Source: Phoronis australis (taxonomy: Eukaryota; Animalia; Phoronida). From it: a stretch of DNA of 64,000 nucleotides. The notes under the pieces are model-generated. The model worked only from the letters and a program-made list of their open reading frames with translations, did not search any database and had not been told where the DNA came from. Each line of letters opens with the position of its first letter. Position 1 is the stretch's first letter. The position numbers and the translations under genes were made by a program. The stretch is from contig NMRA01000088.1 in assembly GCA_002633005.1 (NCBI GenBank), positions 982,476-1,046,475 of the forward strand, read 5' to 3'. This document shows, one piece after another, positions 12,951 through 25,178 of the stretch.

Positions 12951-13344
12951 TACTGAAGTGATTGGTTGGTGTGGCCACACTATTGAAGTGATTGGTTGGT
13001 GTGACCACACTACTGAAGTGATTGGTTGGTGTGGCCACACTATTGAAGTGATTGGTTGGTGTGGCCACACTATTGAAGTGATTGGTTGGTGTGGCCACAC
13101 TATTGAAGTGATTGGTTGGTGTGGCCACACTACGAAGTGATTGGTTGGTGTGGCCACACTATTGAAGTGACTGGTTGGTGTGGCCACACTACGAAGTGAT
13201 TGGTTGGTGTGGCCACACTATTGAAGTGATTGGTTGGTGTAGCCACACTATTGAAGTGATTGGTTGGTGTGGCCACACTACGAAGTGATTGGTTGGTGTG
13301 GCCACACTATTGAAGTGATTGGTTGGTGTGGCCACAATACTGAA
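12951..13344. repeat. 30-bp minisatellite, about 13 copies
   Basis: Unit TATTGAAGTGATTGGTTGGTGTGGCCACAC with a 29-bp variant (TACGAAG...), lying in TM2D1 intron 3. Confidence 0.97.
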
Positions 13345-14575
13345 TTATGAGATAGAAGACTGTTTACGTTCCAGAGGCAAACATTTCTTTCCGCACTTGT
13401 CTCAAGAGTGTCTTACATTTATGGAACTCTGCCCTAGCAACTGGAAAATTTATGGTAAAATCTCATAAATTCGGGCCAAAAATGATTGCCAAAATTGACT
13501 TTTTTCATTTGTCATTGTTGCGTGGACTTACGTACAATGGAAGTCCATGATTGTTGCTAATACCCAAAGTTTCTCAAAACATGGCCTAACGGTAGCTATG
13601 GCATAGGACTTAAAAATGACCCTCTACTTCACTGAGTTATTGTGACCACTGGTTGATTACTGAAAGCAAGTCAGACTTACCCAAACTTGGCAGTGAATAT
13701 ACGTTTGTATATATTTATGGTGTTATGAATCAGCACATTGGTATGGTATTAATAAGAATTAGACTTGTTATTTGCCACATGTTGGTCACATCTGAAAAGA
13801 TCTCTGTCTGGGACTTTCTGCTAACCATTTGGTGCTCCAGTCGACTGAGCTATTGGGACCATCGATTACAATATATGGCAAGCAAGAAGGCAAATGATAG
13901 CTGATTTTGGAAATTGCAGCGCCATATTGAAATTCACAATTCTGCCAGACAGCGATCAGGTCTTTGATGGCCAGGCGTTCAGTGCTACCTTCAGATTTCG
14001 TGTAATGCGGATGGAAGGTTTCAATCTATTGGACTTGAATAACATTTTAACGCCTTTCCTGTTATCGTAATGCCGGTAAATTTCCATTGCTGTGCGGTGT
14101 GACGTGTTAATACCTTACGGAAAAAGGCAAACTTTTTGAAATATCAATGGATAATCAAAGACGCCGTATTCAATATATTTCTCATTGTGATGAAGAATCC
14201 GTGCAAAAGTCAATGGCTGCTGCTGATAAAGTGTGAGAATTTTGATACTAGCTGGTGTCAAAAAACTAAAGTATATTAGTGAACTTACACTAATCGAACA
14301 CTGGTAGGGACTGGCAGTGGAGTTTATTTCTCTGCTTTTAAATTAATGAACCACTATGTAGCAATTAAATTTCTGCCCACGAAATCGGAGTCGGGATCAA
14401 GAGGAAGTCACTTTTATGTTCTCATTACTCTAGAGAGCGCCAATATGAAAACTTCCCTAGTCTTACTTACAGTGTGTCGATTTATAACAGCATTACTGTA
14501 TAGTGTTGTGTTTGGGTTATAGCACCTGCTTACTTCCTGATATTTACAGTGTCTTTGTTTATTTCTTTGCAATAG

Positions 14576-14669
14576 TTGACTGTCTGCCAGTGTCAGGGAT
14601 TGTATGCAATGGAACAGTGCATGATGGGAAAACAGTGGGCTTCACCCATGATGTCCCTTGTAAACCAAC
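14576..14669 (+). CDS. TM2D1: TM2D1 exon 4
   Basis: aatag|VDCLPVSGIVCNGTVHDGKTVGFTHDVPCKPT|gtgagt; phases consistent with neighbours. Confidence 0.88.
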
Positions 14670-15154
14670 GTGAGTATGTTTGTATTCAAAGGATACTGAA
14701 CTGTGTTTCAATGATTTCACCCCAAATTGTTTTCATCTCGTGCTACTGCACAACTAGTTCGTCCCCCACATAGTTTGTGTGTTGCGTCAGAGTTAAAGGC
14801 TTCTCATTGTGTGGCAAAGGGGATCTTCTGCTGTTCAAACTTTGCCCACGGCTGATAAAATCAAAGGAAGCTATAGTCATGCCTGTCGATTTCACAGTCT
14901 TTCAAACTTTCTCCAAACTTTGAGGGTTGACAAGGGTTGACAAAAAAATATTTTCTTAGAAAAGGCAATATTTATTAATTGACCAAAACATGGTTTGATT
15001 ACTCATTGTCCTTAATTTTCATCGTTTCTAAAGCATACGAAACCCACTCTTCTCAACTGTGGTGGGCGTGGCCAAGCAGCATTTTGTCGGAACTGTCCAT
15101 TTTTACTTTTATGTACTTATCAATAATCCCCTTTACTCTGTGTATTTATTGCAG

Positions 15155-15246
15155 AAATGGACATTCATTTGAGACAGCACTTTTGTTATCCATATTCTTG
15201 GGCATGTTTGGCATTGACCGATTTTACTTGGGATACCCCGCCATAG
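15155..15246 (+). CDS. TM2D1: TM2D1 exon 5 (TM2 domain)
   Basis: NGHSFETALLLSIFLGMFGIDRFYLGYPAIG with the DRFYLG signature; ttgcag acceptor, gtaag donor. Confidence 0.95.
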
Positions 15247-16050
15247 GTAAGATTTTTGAATTGTCAAACTTGTGTACTGAAAAGTTGTCTGGTAGATGAC
15301 AATCAAACATAATTGCCTGCCCTTGAACATATAGAACAGCTTCTTATTTAATTTGAACTTTTTATCTAGTAAAATTTTGCTTTTCATGGACAAAAATGGG
15401 GACACCCATATAAATATGTGTTTCTATGTAAGATATGGTTATAGGTGGGCACACCTGTCAGTAAAGGTTGATCAGCCAAGTCTCTGTAACTGAGTACACC
15501 AAAGACAATAGAGGCCAACGTGCCAGGAAAGATCCACCTATATACAAAACTACCCATCATGATGGGGTCCAATTATATTTATATACTTCGTAGACCCATC
15601 CCAGTGGGTTTACCTATAAAAATATGGCTGAACCCCTCTTAGAACAAAAGCACAGACACATTTTCATTCAGGTATGGGAGTGCCCTGAGTAATGAGTGCA
15701 TTAGAATGTTCATGAGCCAAAAGAACCACATGACTTCACATTTCCTTCAGTGGAGAGTAAATGTCTTCGTGCCCAAATAAGGCAAGGTACTGTTGATACT
15801 GACTGGTCGCTATCCAAACGGAGGCGGCTGCGTATGTTTTGCAAGCTGAAACTCTCATGAGATGGGCATTCTTGAAGACACTGTAACTTTATCGGAGAAG
15901 TCTCGTTCATATGAATTTGAGGTGGTTGCTACACGGAGCATTAGCATATTGACGTAAAGATTTTGAAATTTTCTGCGCAGGCATTAACCTGGATGAGTCT
16001 GGTTATTCTAATTGTTGTTTAATTCAACCTGACAAAATTTTTTTCTTCAG

Positions 16051-16124
16051 GTTTGCTCAAATTCTGCACCCTTGGTTTCATGTTTCTTGGACAACTAGTC
16101 GACATTATACTGATTGCAATGCAG
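16051..16124 (+). CDS. TM2D1: TM2D1 exon 6
   Basis: LLKFCTLGFMFLGQLVDIILIAMQ; ttcttcag acceptor, gtaagg donor. Confidence 0.95.
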
Positions 16125-17956
16125 GTAAGGTTCAACCAGTCTCAACAAACGGTGAGGCACAAACAGCTATACCTGGTGAAGATTCAAAGATTCAAAATTT
16201 CCAAAACCCTCAGATTTCGAACTTGGTTCTGCCTAAGGTTATCTCAGGACTGAAAGGTGTGGGACCATCAAAGAAAATGTGTGGTCTTCCATCAGCAAAA
16301 AAGGAATAAATGGTGTCTTGCTTCTTTTTGTTCCGTTAAAAATTGGTTGACATTAGGAAGAACAATTTTTGAAAGTTCAAGGTCATTTGATATGATATTT
16401 GCTAATTTCCGTTTTGCCGTTATTGCATTGATACTACCGACATGTAATACCAGATTGGCAATTCATATTTTGAAATAAATTGAACTGGTTTGATGGACCC
16501 ACCAAGCTTTAGCACCTCGTGCTGTGCTGACGTCACTAAATGTTTTGATTCATTGTTTGTGATGAAACACTTTGTCTGGGTTATAGAGAGTTTGCATTCC
16601 TAAGTTCACTGGCATGACATCATGGACCTGTTGTAGCCAATACTCGGCTTTTAAAGAGAATACTTTTCACCACGTGGTGAAATGGATATAAACCAAAAGA
16701 ATAGTAGGCAAATTCCTGTTCATTGTGTTAGTACTAACTAAATCAAATTCCCTTGACACGTTTAGAAAATGGCAAACAGTCTTATTAGCAGTTATGCTTC
16801 ACCTCTTTTTACCTTCCACTAACAACAATGGATCAAAGCGTCTGCCATCTTCTACTCTCAGTTTTTTTACCTAAGGACGTCATCAAGTGACCTAAATGAG
16901 CCCACTGCTTGGTAAAAATGAAAATGACGGAGTGACAAGCAAAAAGTTAAAAGTTTGAATTTTTGCATGAATAAGCTCTTTTGAAGAGATTGATTTGCGA
17001 GCACTTATATTGGACGTATTACTTCAAGTTGCAGATAAAAGTGTTCGTGCAATCGTAATTTCGATGTGTGCAGGTTAATATTTGACCTGCAGTGCGGACT
17101 TCCAACCTTAGTAAGGGTTGGTTTACAAACAACATGGACCAACTTTATCGGAATTTATTGATTGCTGTGATAGTAAAATTCACCACTGCCCATCTAAGTT
17201 GATTTAATCGAGTTTGAAATTCGTGTCTTCAGCTAGACAAAAGTTACCAGACAAAATATCGTTTTCCCATCATGACGTTCATCGAAAATGAATGGTTAAC
17301 AGCTGTTATGGCAGCAGAACTTTAATTACAGAGGGGCTTAGCCACGTCTCCTGTTAATTTTCTATTAATAGTCATGAGGGAAGACTACTCTGATGATGAA
17401 TCAGGATTCCGCCATGACGGGAATTCTGGGTAATTTTGACTGAATGTTTTTGGCATTTACTGCTATTAGCAATGTGTGGGCATTTGAGGCACCACAATGC
17501 TAGTACTCGCCAACATAAGGTGAGAGTTGATGGGGTTTTCCTTTCTCATACTGTCAGTCTGCTGTTATGTAGATGCGAAATAATGCATGAGAAAACAAAC
17601 AGAAATTGACAAATATGATATTGGATCTGCTACAACATAATACTCCTTTTTTTCAAAAACAAATTCTTGTTCGAATTATGAACCATTTTGAATTATTGAC
17701 TGCAGGTGGAATAAGGAATCAGTATAACAGTAGATTTATTTCTCACAGAGTGTTCAAATTTGACTGTGTTTCTGCAACAATGGTGCAATTTTGTCCGTAA
17801 GGACAGCAAGTTCACAATGTAGGTGCGTCCATCTTGTGGCAAAGTCTTTGGTATTCTTCCCCATGCCCATCTGGTTGGATGAATCATTTTGATTGTAAAC
17901 AGTTACTGTTATGAAATCAGTCTGCTGAAGTCATACATTTCCTAGTAGTGTGGTTT

Positions 17957-18188
17957 GAGGCGACAGTGTGGCCTTGTGGGAAAAGTGTCTACTTCCTGTA
18001 CGCAAGGTCGTGGGTTCGAGTCTCAATGGAGCACACTGCTAGACCCTTGAGTGAGGTCTCTAGCTCCTCGGCTCAGTTTTAACTATATATTAATGGAGCA
18101 TAAAAATGTGTGCTGATCACCTGGAACCACCTGAGCTGCCTGCACAAGACTTGTACAACATGTGCCAGACCTTCTGCAATTATTTTTT
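17957..18188 (+). mobile_element. tRNA-derived SINE (same family as 55776-55998)
   Basis: A-box TGGCCTTGTGG, B-box GGTTCGAGTCT. Shared body cactgctagacccttgag...gctcagttttaactatatattaat. Confidence 0.75.
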
Positions 18189-18290
18189 ATAGCCATGTGG
18201 TTGCCTCAGCCTCATGATTTTGTTCACCAAATTTGGACTCGGTTTGTAAAATGGCCACCGTAAAAATGATTTGTACTCACATGCAAACAT

Positions 18291-18291
<1 letters not shown>

Positions 18292-18338
<47 letters not shown>
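18292..18338. repeat. (CA)n microsatellite
   Basis: Perfect CA run. Confidence 0.98.
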
Positions 18339-18341
<3 letters not shown>

Positions 18342-19376
18342 GTGCTCGAATTTGAAAAAACGTAATTAAAGAGAACGCAGAAGTACAATTATTCATTTTT
18401 TAATACTAAACTAAACTAGTGGTCAATGTGTGGTAGGAAAAGGTGAAATGAGACTCCTCAACTCATCAATTTTGGCTTCAAGTGGTGTTGTGTGATCTCA
18501 GTTAGATAATTCTCTCACGAGGAGCGCAACTGAATGTTGAGTCAAACTGCACTTTGGTTAAATAGCAGAGTGTTTTCAATTGCTTAAATCTCTAGCCTTG
18601 TTGTCAACAAACATGCGAGAATTGGCAATTTGTAACATCACAAAAATGCTACGGATTTTGTTGTTTTTATAGTTCAGGTCAAAGATGATAACATCCAGAA
18701 GTTGACAAACATTTTAAATTTGGTCTGCACCCCACTTGTTGGTCACATCTTGTGATCTATATTTTCATGCTGGTTCAAGATTTACATATAAACTTCACGA
18801 TGTAGATGCCAGTCAAGAGTAATCCTGAAATTGCATTTTTGGCCGCGAAATTGATACTGTCCATAAAGGGCCATGTCACTCCAAGGGAGTTCTCACTTCC
18901 TGTCTGAAAATCTCAATGAAATAGACTGGGGACGGGTGGTATGGGCAACGTTTGCCAAAAATACGCCTAAAATACAAAGCCATCTGTTGGGCTTTTACTC
19001 AGATAGTAACGAAAGTCCTTGGTGTTTATTCAGTAACCTGCAGTTTGTTTCTGCTATTTGCATTTATACGGTAAATTCTAATATTGCTCACTTTGATAAA
19101 AAGTCTTGGCATGTTTGTGGTATTTTCTAAATGAATATAGACATGTTTTAGTTTGTTATTTTCAAACTGGTGCAGTCCAAAACTTGATTACTGTCGTCTT
19201 AAACACAGTTGTTGAAGGTGAAACTTCTGCTTCACTCACTCCCTTCAGTACTTTTTTTTGGTTTTCTGTGAATTGGTTATTTGTCATTAATTAATATAAT
19301 TAATAATTAATTTTTTATATTTGTTCATTCTTCAGCATGTCATCTACTATACAATTTTTTTCCTTTTCTTCAACAG

Positions 19377-19484
19377 GTGGTGGGCCCTGCAGATGGCTCT
19401 GCGTACGTCATCGATTACTACGGAGCTGCCGTCACAAAGTTACAACAAAACGAGGACACATACTTTGTACCCCAACAATACTGA
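19377..19484 (+). CDS. TM2D1: TM2D1 last coding exon
   Basis: caacag|VVGPADGSAYVIDYYGAAVTKLQQNEDTYFVPQQY*, comparable to IVGPSDGSSYIIDYYG. Confidence 0.95.
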   Translation: MVGPADGSAYVIDYYGAAVTKLQQNEDTYFVPQQY

Positions 19485-21252
19485 GTCATTATCTTGGAGA
19501 ATTCAGTGGGGAACTATGGGATGCGTGTCTGTTCTATGTGGTTGTTGAGGAATACATTTATTGGAATTCAAGTGCTAACTTATTAATATTTCTCTGATAA
19601 TGTAGCTAGGTGCATTGCAAAGTAACTCAATATGGCAGTGTGAATGTTAGGTCTTATGCAAGTTTAGGAGTGAATATGGACCTCCACGAATGATCATAAA
19701 ATTGGTCTCGACCTGTACTTAACTCAGATTAGACGCAGTTTCTTGCCTTTTGAAGAACTGGCATATTGGAGCTGAAGACTGGACTCATGAGGTTGGATTT
19801 CATTTGTCACCACTGTGTACACCAATGAGAATATGGTTGAGTGGAATGGACTAGTTCCATGAACAAACACCAGATGTAGTGGCTAGTGGGTGCTTAACTG
19901 CTAAAGAAAAATGCATTGGGTTGGAAAGAAAGTTAAACACTTTGAATGTAGAACTCAATTACAAACTTAACGGCTTGTTACACAGGTTCAGTTTGTTTGG
20001 GGATTAGATGTATTCACTGGGTGAAGAAAAATCTATTTTTGTAACATCTGAGGTAATTAGTGTGAGGGCGTCTGTGCGATAAGGGTCCCACATGAATGCT
20101 GGTATTGGTAGCTCCCAGCTGTGCACACTAGTGTCACCTAGTGAATTTCAAGCTCCCGTCGTTGCTGTACCGTGAAGCAGCGTTATAAGAATCTAATTCA
20201 GGATACTTGCTCGCTGATACCATTACAGAGTTACAAGTGCCAACTGTAAGCAAGTTAATTTGTTAACAGTAAACCTCATTTGCTACAAACACGTCATAAA
20301 AGTCCCAGAAGGGTTTGTGTAGAGGTATAAGTTGGGAATACCGTACTTAGACATGTGACAATTGTCAAGGACCATAAGGACTATGCTTGGTCACAGAAAT
20401 ATGATCCTGCTGTTCAAGATGGGTGTATTTCTGTATGTTGGAGATAAATTTAATCATCATTCACCAAATAACTAACGATTTTGAAGAACAGACCACAAGG
20501 ATACTTGGTTGAATCAAATTCAATGCCCTGGGTTAATACATAGGTTTTTTGCCTTAAATGGTTTTGAATAAAAGTTGCTGGCAGTAAGACTTACCGGTAA
20601 TTTACCATTGTGTCTGTGGTAAAAGTCCTACTAAGACCAAAAAGTGTCATTAAATTTTTCTAAAATAACCAATCTCCAGTTATCTTAGGCACAGTTTTTC
20701 ACCTTTTACAAATTTTGAAACAAATTAAAGGATTTCAGTAAAAACGTTAATGTAAAGCATTCATTGAAACCCGGCCATCTTTGTGAACTGGAATTTTAAA
20801 CTGTTAGTGACGATTTTTTTTTTTAATTGAGGATGGTTTTCATGGCATTGCAAGAAATTTGAGGCGGATGTACCCACCAATGCAAATGAATTTCACTTTA
20901 AATTTCCTTTTATTTAAAACCTGTTCAAAGCTGAAATGCTGAAAGTCAAAGATCGCATACAAGCAAATTTTGATAAATACAATTTCAAAATCAAAAACGT
21001 GTCAAATTACAACTTTTTAGACTAAAGTAATTGAATCAACTCCGAAACAGCATTCTATCCGGCCTGCATTTCGTAGACCCTAGAAACAAGCGAAAATGCA
21101 AGACTTGATCGTGATATCGCCATGCATTACAGGAGAAGCACCTGATCAAACTTTACTCGTGAAATTTTAGCATGTACGGAACACAGCTCCGGGCTTACTT
21201 TCAAAGTGAGTCGTGCCCAGAGGCGGCTTTAGTGCCCCTGCCCACCCCCTCA

Positions 21253-21403
21253 CAGTGGCGGATTTAGAGGAGGGCCATGCCGGGCCGACCCTGAGATTCT
21301 CCCAACTTTAATTTGGCAGTTCGGGGGTGTGAATGTCTGACGGCAAAATCCTGGCTAATACTCTACCCTACCCCTCCAACTCAAAATCCTGGATCCGCCC
21401 CTG
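21253..21403. mobile_element. MITE, CAG(T/G)GGCGGAT-TIR family
   Basis: cagtggcggattt ... ggatccgcccctg. Shares internal ttggcagttcgggg with 50710-51029; related ends at about 12328-12450. Confidence 0.65.
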
Positions 21404-22665
21404 CTTNNNNNNNNNCCCCCCCCCCCCCCCCCCCCCCGACGAACTAAAATGTCAAAAATTATACTACATTTCGTACTTGATTTCTATTTATGCATTTATT
21501 GATTACACGATTTGTTAATATCATTAGCGGTTATTACATTTGTGTAAAAATTCAAACATGGCTGAGTTTTGGCGAAAGTCTTATGACCCCGCACACTCGT
21601 CACAGCGATAGCTTCACTGTACACTCACACCACTGGTTAGCCAATCGCACGGTGTGTGACAAAACTGTTTCCGGCCGGCTTCGTTGATAGAATATTACTT
21701 TTATCTCTCGTGTTAATTTGTGCAAGCAAAACCGGATATCAGATAACTTGCTATCTTTCAGTTGTGTAGGGTTGACACACCTTTCAAAATTAGTCCGGTA
21801 AATGGCATGTGATTCTCCCATTTCTTTTTCAGGACAGAAACCTAATGCTAGCGTGACGAGAGATGGACTTTTGATACTTATGTAGGGTCTATTCGTGTTT
21901 TTCATGTCTAGGCCTGAAACGCCTGTCAGGAAATGTCTCTCAAGTTTTTCTGAGACGTGACTAAGTGGTTGGATTACATGATGACAATTGATAGTTTGGT
22001 TCTGAATCTGTGTTTTGATTCATTAATTTGACGAGAAAGCCCGATTTGGGGACCAGTGTACTTGAACTGAAGCTTTCATGTAGTTTCAGTGTAGACGGAG
22101 CCCTTTTAGGCGCCCAACTAAGTTGGCCGGTAGTAATGTCAAGTTACATAGGCCAACACTAGTTAACCAAGCGGTTATTATTTTTGTTCAGTATGCAACA
22201 GATTGGCGCTACATAACCAATGTATTGCTGGCTGAATTCAAAAACTGAAAATCACTAACAGTTTTCAGTTGTTAACACATATAAACCATTCACCGTTATA
22301 GCTTAAATCAAAAAACGGATAAGCACGCTAATGATTCTACCTTGTATATAGCAGATAAAAATATTGAAGATATTGGAAAAGCCCTAAGGCCGACTTAGTG
22401 GGTCTCAGTTTCAAATTGGAGTTCTGAAATTAAAATGGTTGTAAACACTCAAAAGACTAAAAATGTGCGTCTATAATCTCCAGTCGAAAAAGGTCCAAAA
22501 AATCTGTTCAATTTAATTTGTATATGCCCGGTGACAAACTAGACGATGTTGACCAACAAAAATTACTTGGATTCAAAATTTGGTAAATGTTTAACTTGTT
22601 CTAAACGCGTATATGACACTGAGTCTTTTGCGCAAAATTAAAAATTATATACACATCAAAGGAAT

Positions 22666-22897
22666 TGATTAAATACACGACACTTGTCATTATTAACAGT
22701 CCTCATTCCGTTCCGTTCGTATCCTCGGAAGAAACAGAACATTGGTGAAGCAACTGACCAAGATACATGATTAAAAGACGCACGATATTTCAAAACATAC
22801 TTGTTTCATTCTCAAGCGGAAATGAAAACCTTTTTCGTGGATAGGAACGGAACGGAATAAAGACTGTTGATAACGACAAGTGTCGTGTACTTAATCA
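22666..22897. mobile_element. Foldback/MITE with ~75-bp inverted arms
   Basis: tgattaaatacacgacacttgtcattattaacagtc...ttccgttccgttc pairs with gaacggaacggaa...gactgttgataacgacaagtgtcgtgtacttaatca. Confidence 0.75.
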
Positions 22898-24401
22898 GTT
22901 TTGCATATCGGAAAACGTGTTCCCAAAGTACAGCCATTAAAGGTTAAAATTTTACTCCTTGTGTATTATGCCCCATCTCACATACTGTAAAACTATATGG
23001 TCTGTCCTTTCTTCTACTCTTATGACAAAATAACTTTATTTTTTGACATTTTTATATTTCTTGTTGGTATATAAGTTTTATATTTAACACGTATTATCCT
23101 CTATAAGAAAATTTAACTATCCATTCATCCTTCCATCATGCACGCACTCAGGGGGGGCTCATTTGGCGAAGTGTTCAAAAAGGTCCGCCTGTGAGAAACA
23201 AAAAGTCCGAAAAAATGTGACAAAAGTCCGCTAATCAAGCACAAACGCGTAATTCACGGTGGTGTGCTTTTTTTTTAGTCCGCCGGCTATTTTGTTACCA
23301 AAAGGTCCACAACGTTAGGAATTCGATCCCCCCCATATTGAAGGTTGTGTGCGCGCATGTCCATCCATCTATCTATTTATCTTAATATTGAAATAGCGTT
23401 CACGTTACTGGCCTACCTTCATCCCAGGATAGTGAAACCCATGAAAATTAAACCTAACTTAACCCCCCCCCGCACCCCCATCGTGTTTTAATCACTCGAC
23501 ATTTTAAATGTTAGCATTAAGAAAAAATCTAAAGGACACCGGAGGCCACAAACGGGTCACCTTGAATGCATGTCAATTGGGGCTTATTTTAATACATGTT
23601 CAGATATTGACAGGCGCACGGGCCTGCTTCGGTTTCTTGTTGGAACCCTGTAGTTATAATTTCTCAAGGTTTTTAAAGTTTCCCAATGGACAGTTCAGCA
23701 AATGTCTATCAGAAACAAGAGTAGAGTTCAGTAGCTGTCTCGCGGCGAGAAATCTAGCCAAAATCACGTGCTCTCATTTAACACACACGGCAATATCTCG
23801 CGTGGTCTTACTTTTCTAGCGAGGTACTAGCATTTTTTAACGCTACCAAGGTCTTATTTACATTATTTTATAACAAAATCATCAGGTAGATCGATTGCTT
23901 TAGATGCCCGTTTCTAAGTAAGTCACTTCTGTCGTTGTTCGAAACACTGAAATTTGCAACTAGGCAAACAGACATCACGACTATGATCCCTTCCGTTTAT
24001 ATAGGTTAGTAGGCCTACGCACAGTGCTGTAGTGGTAAAAGTAGAGGTAAGTAGGCGCCGAAAGCCCACCGTATCACCTTGAGCACTGAACGTAACTTAC
24101 AGTGCGTAAGAGCTACATTCAAATGCCAAAAGGTGTTTGGCTGCGCCTACATGTACGTGCGCCTACGCCCCACTACAACACTGAATACGCATAGGCTTAG
24201 GACTAACTGAGGTTCCAGAAAGGTAAGATGATGGGCTTATTAGCGACGATTTCTGTTGTCCAACGTTACTCTTCAGTTACTCCATGATTGGGGGACCCAG
24301 GCCTGGTCATTTGATGAAGTGAATCCTAAGCTTTATCAACTGTTCAGAGCTTAAGTGAACGGATTCCCACCGTGTCATCTGGTAAATGTAGAATACCTCA
24401 A

Positions 24402-25178
24402 TCACTCGAAATGTACCAGTTTAAAAAACGATTCAGCCATTTGAAACCGGTAGAAAACCACGACTGGAAATATGAACAAATTAACATAAATCCATCGCGT
24501 GCCAAACACCACCAACAACACCGGGTGGGATCTTCCGTAATGGTGAAATGTGCAGAAGGAGTCAATGATCCATATGGCAGCATTCCGTAAAGATAGGAAC
24601 TTGAAGCAGTTCTTCAAAAGATTTTTTTGGTGTTCTTCCAGATTTGGTAAATGATCCTTTTGGCTAACTTTGAAGAAGAGAGCGCACTGGAAGACGGTGT
24701 CCAGGATATAGATGCTGTATTCGACGACGACGAACCAAGGACTGGTGGCAAACTCTGGAAGACTTTCCAAAGACTCCGATTTAATTACTGCGCAAACTCC
24801 CGCAATCAGGTTGAAGAAGTCGATTACAAGCAATCCAGTGCTGCTGAGAAGTACAGAAGCGTGGGTTAACTGGCTTTTCGCATTAGAGTGGCTCTTGATA
24901 GTGGATAACGCAACTGTGCATAAATAGATAGATAAAGCAGCCAGCAGCATTTGGAATACGGAAAATGCGTCGGACAACGAGCGGGACCGTATTTGTACAC
25001 CGTAGTAATATAGAAATGACACGCCAACGTAAACAATTAGGAAGACAACGCTGATTTTGAAGGCTTGTGCCGGGAACGTTTTCCAAAAAGAACAGCAACG
25101 TCTTGCAACAAGATTGTTGGAGCCAGCAGTTGCGAAGAGTGGCACACTTTCGTCGCTGTTGTAATTCGAAGGGGGGTC
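24402..25178 (-). CDS. Otopetrin-family (OTOP) proton-channel-like protein, coding exon 2 (C-domain)
   Basis: tttcag|DPPSNY... in phase 0. Multiple TM helices with DTVFQCALF, RNAAIWIIDSF and FPVVVFYRFQ, matching the otopetrin C-terminal PxxIFYRxH motif. Confidence 0.85.
   Translation of the reverse strand, partial: DPPSNYNSDESVPLFATAGSNNLVARRCCSFWKTFPAQAFKISVVFLIVYVGVSFLYYYGVQIRSRSLSDAFSVFQMLLAALSIYLCTVALSTIKSHSNAKSQLTHASVLLSSTGLLVIDFFNLIAGVCAVIKSESLESLPEFATSPWFVVVEYSIYILDTVFQCALFFKVSQKDHLPNLEEHQKNLLKNCFKFLSLRNAAIWIIDSFCTFHHYGRSHPVLLVVFGTRWIYVNLFIFPVVVFYRFQMAESFFKLVHFE

Noticed and set aside
12951-13344. 30-bp repeat array as a CRISPR array or as coding repeats (ORFs 12933-13187 etc.)
   Set aside because: The units are contiguous with no unique spacers, there are no cas genes, and the array is in a eukaryotic intron; the ORFs are by-products of the repeat.
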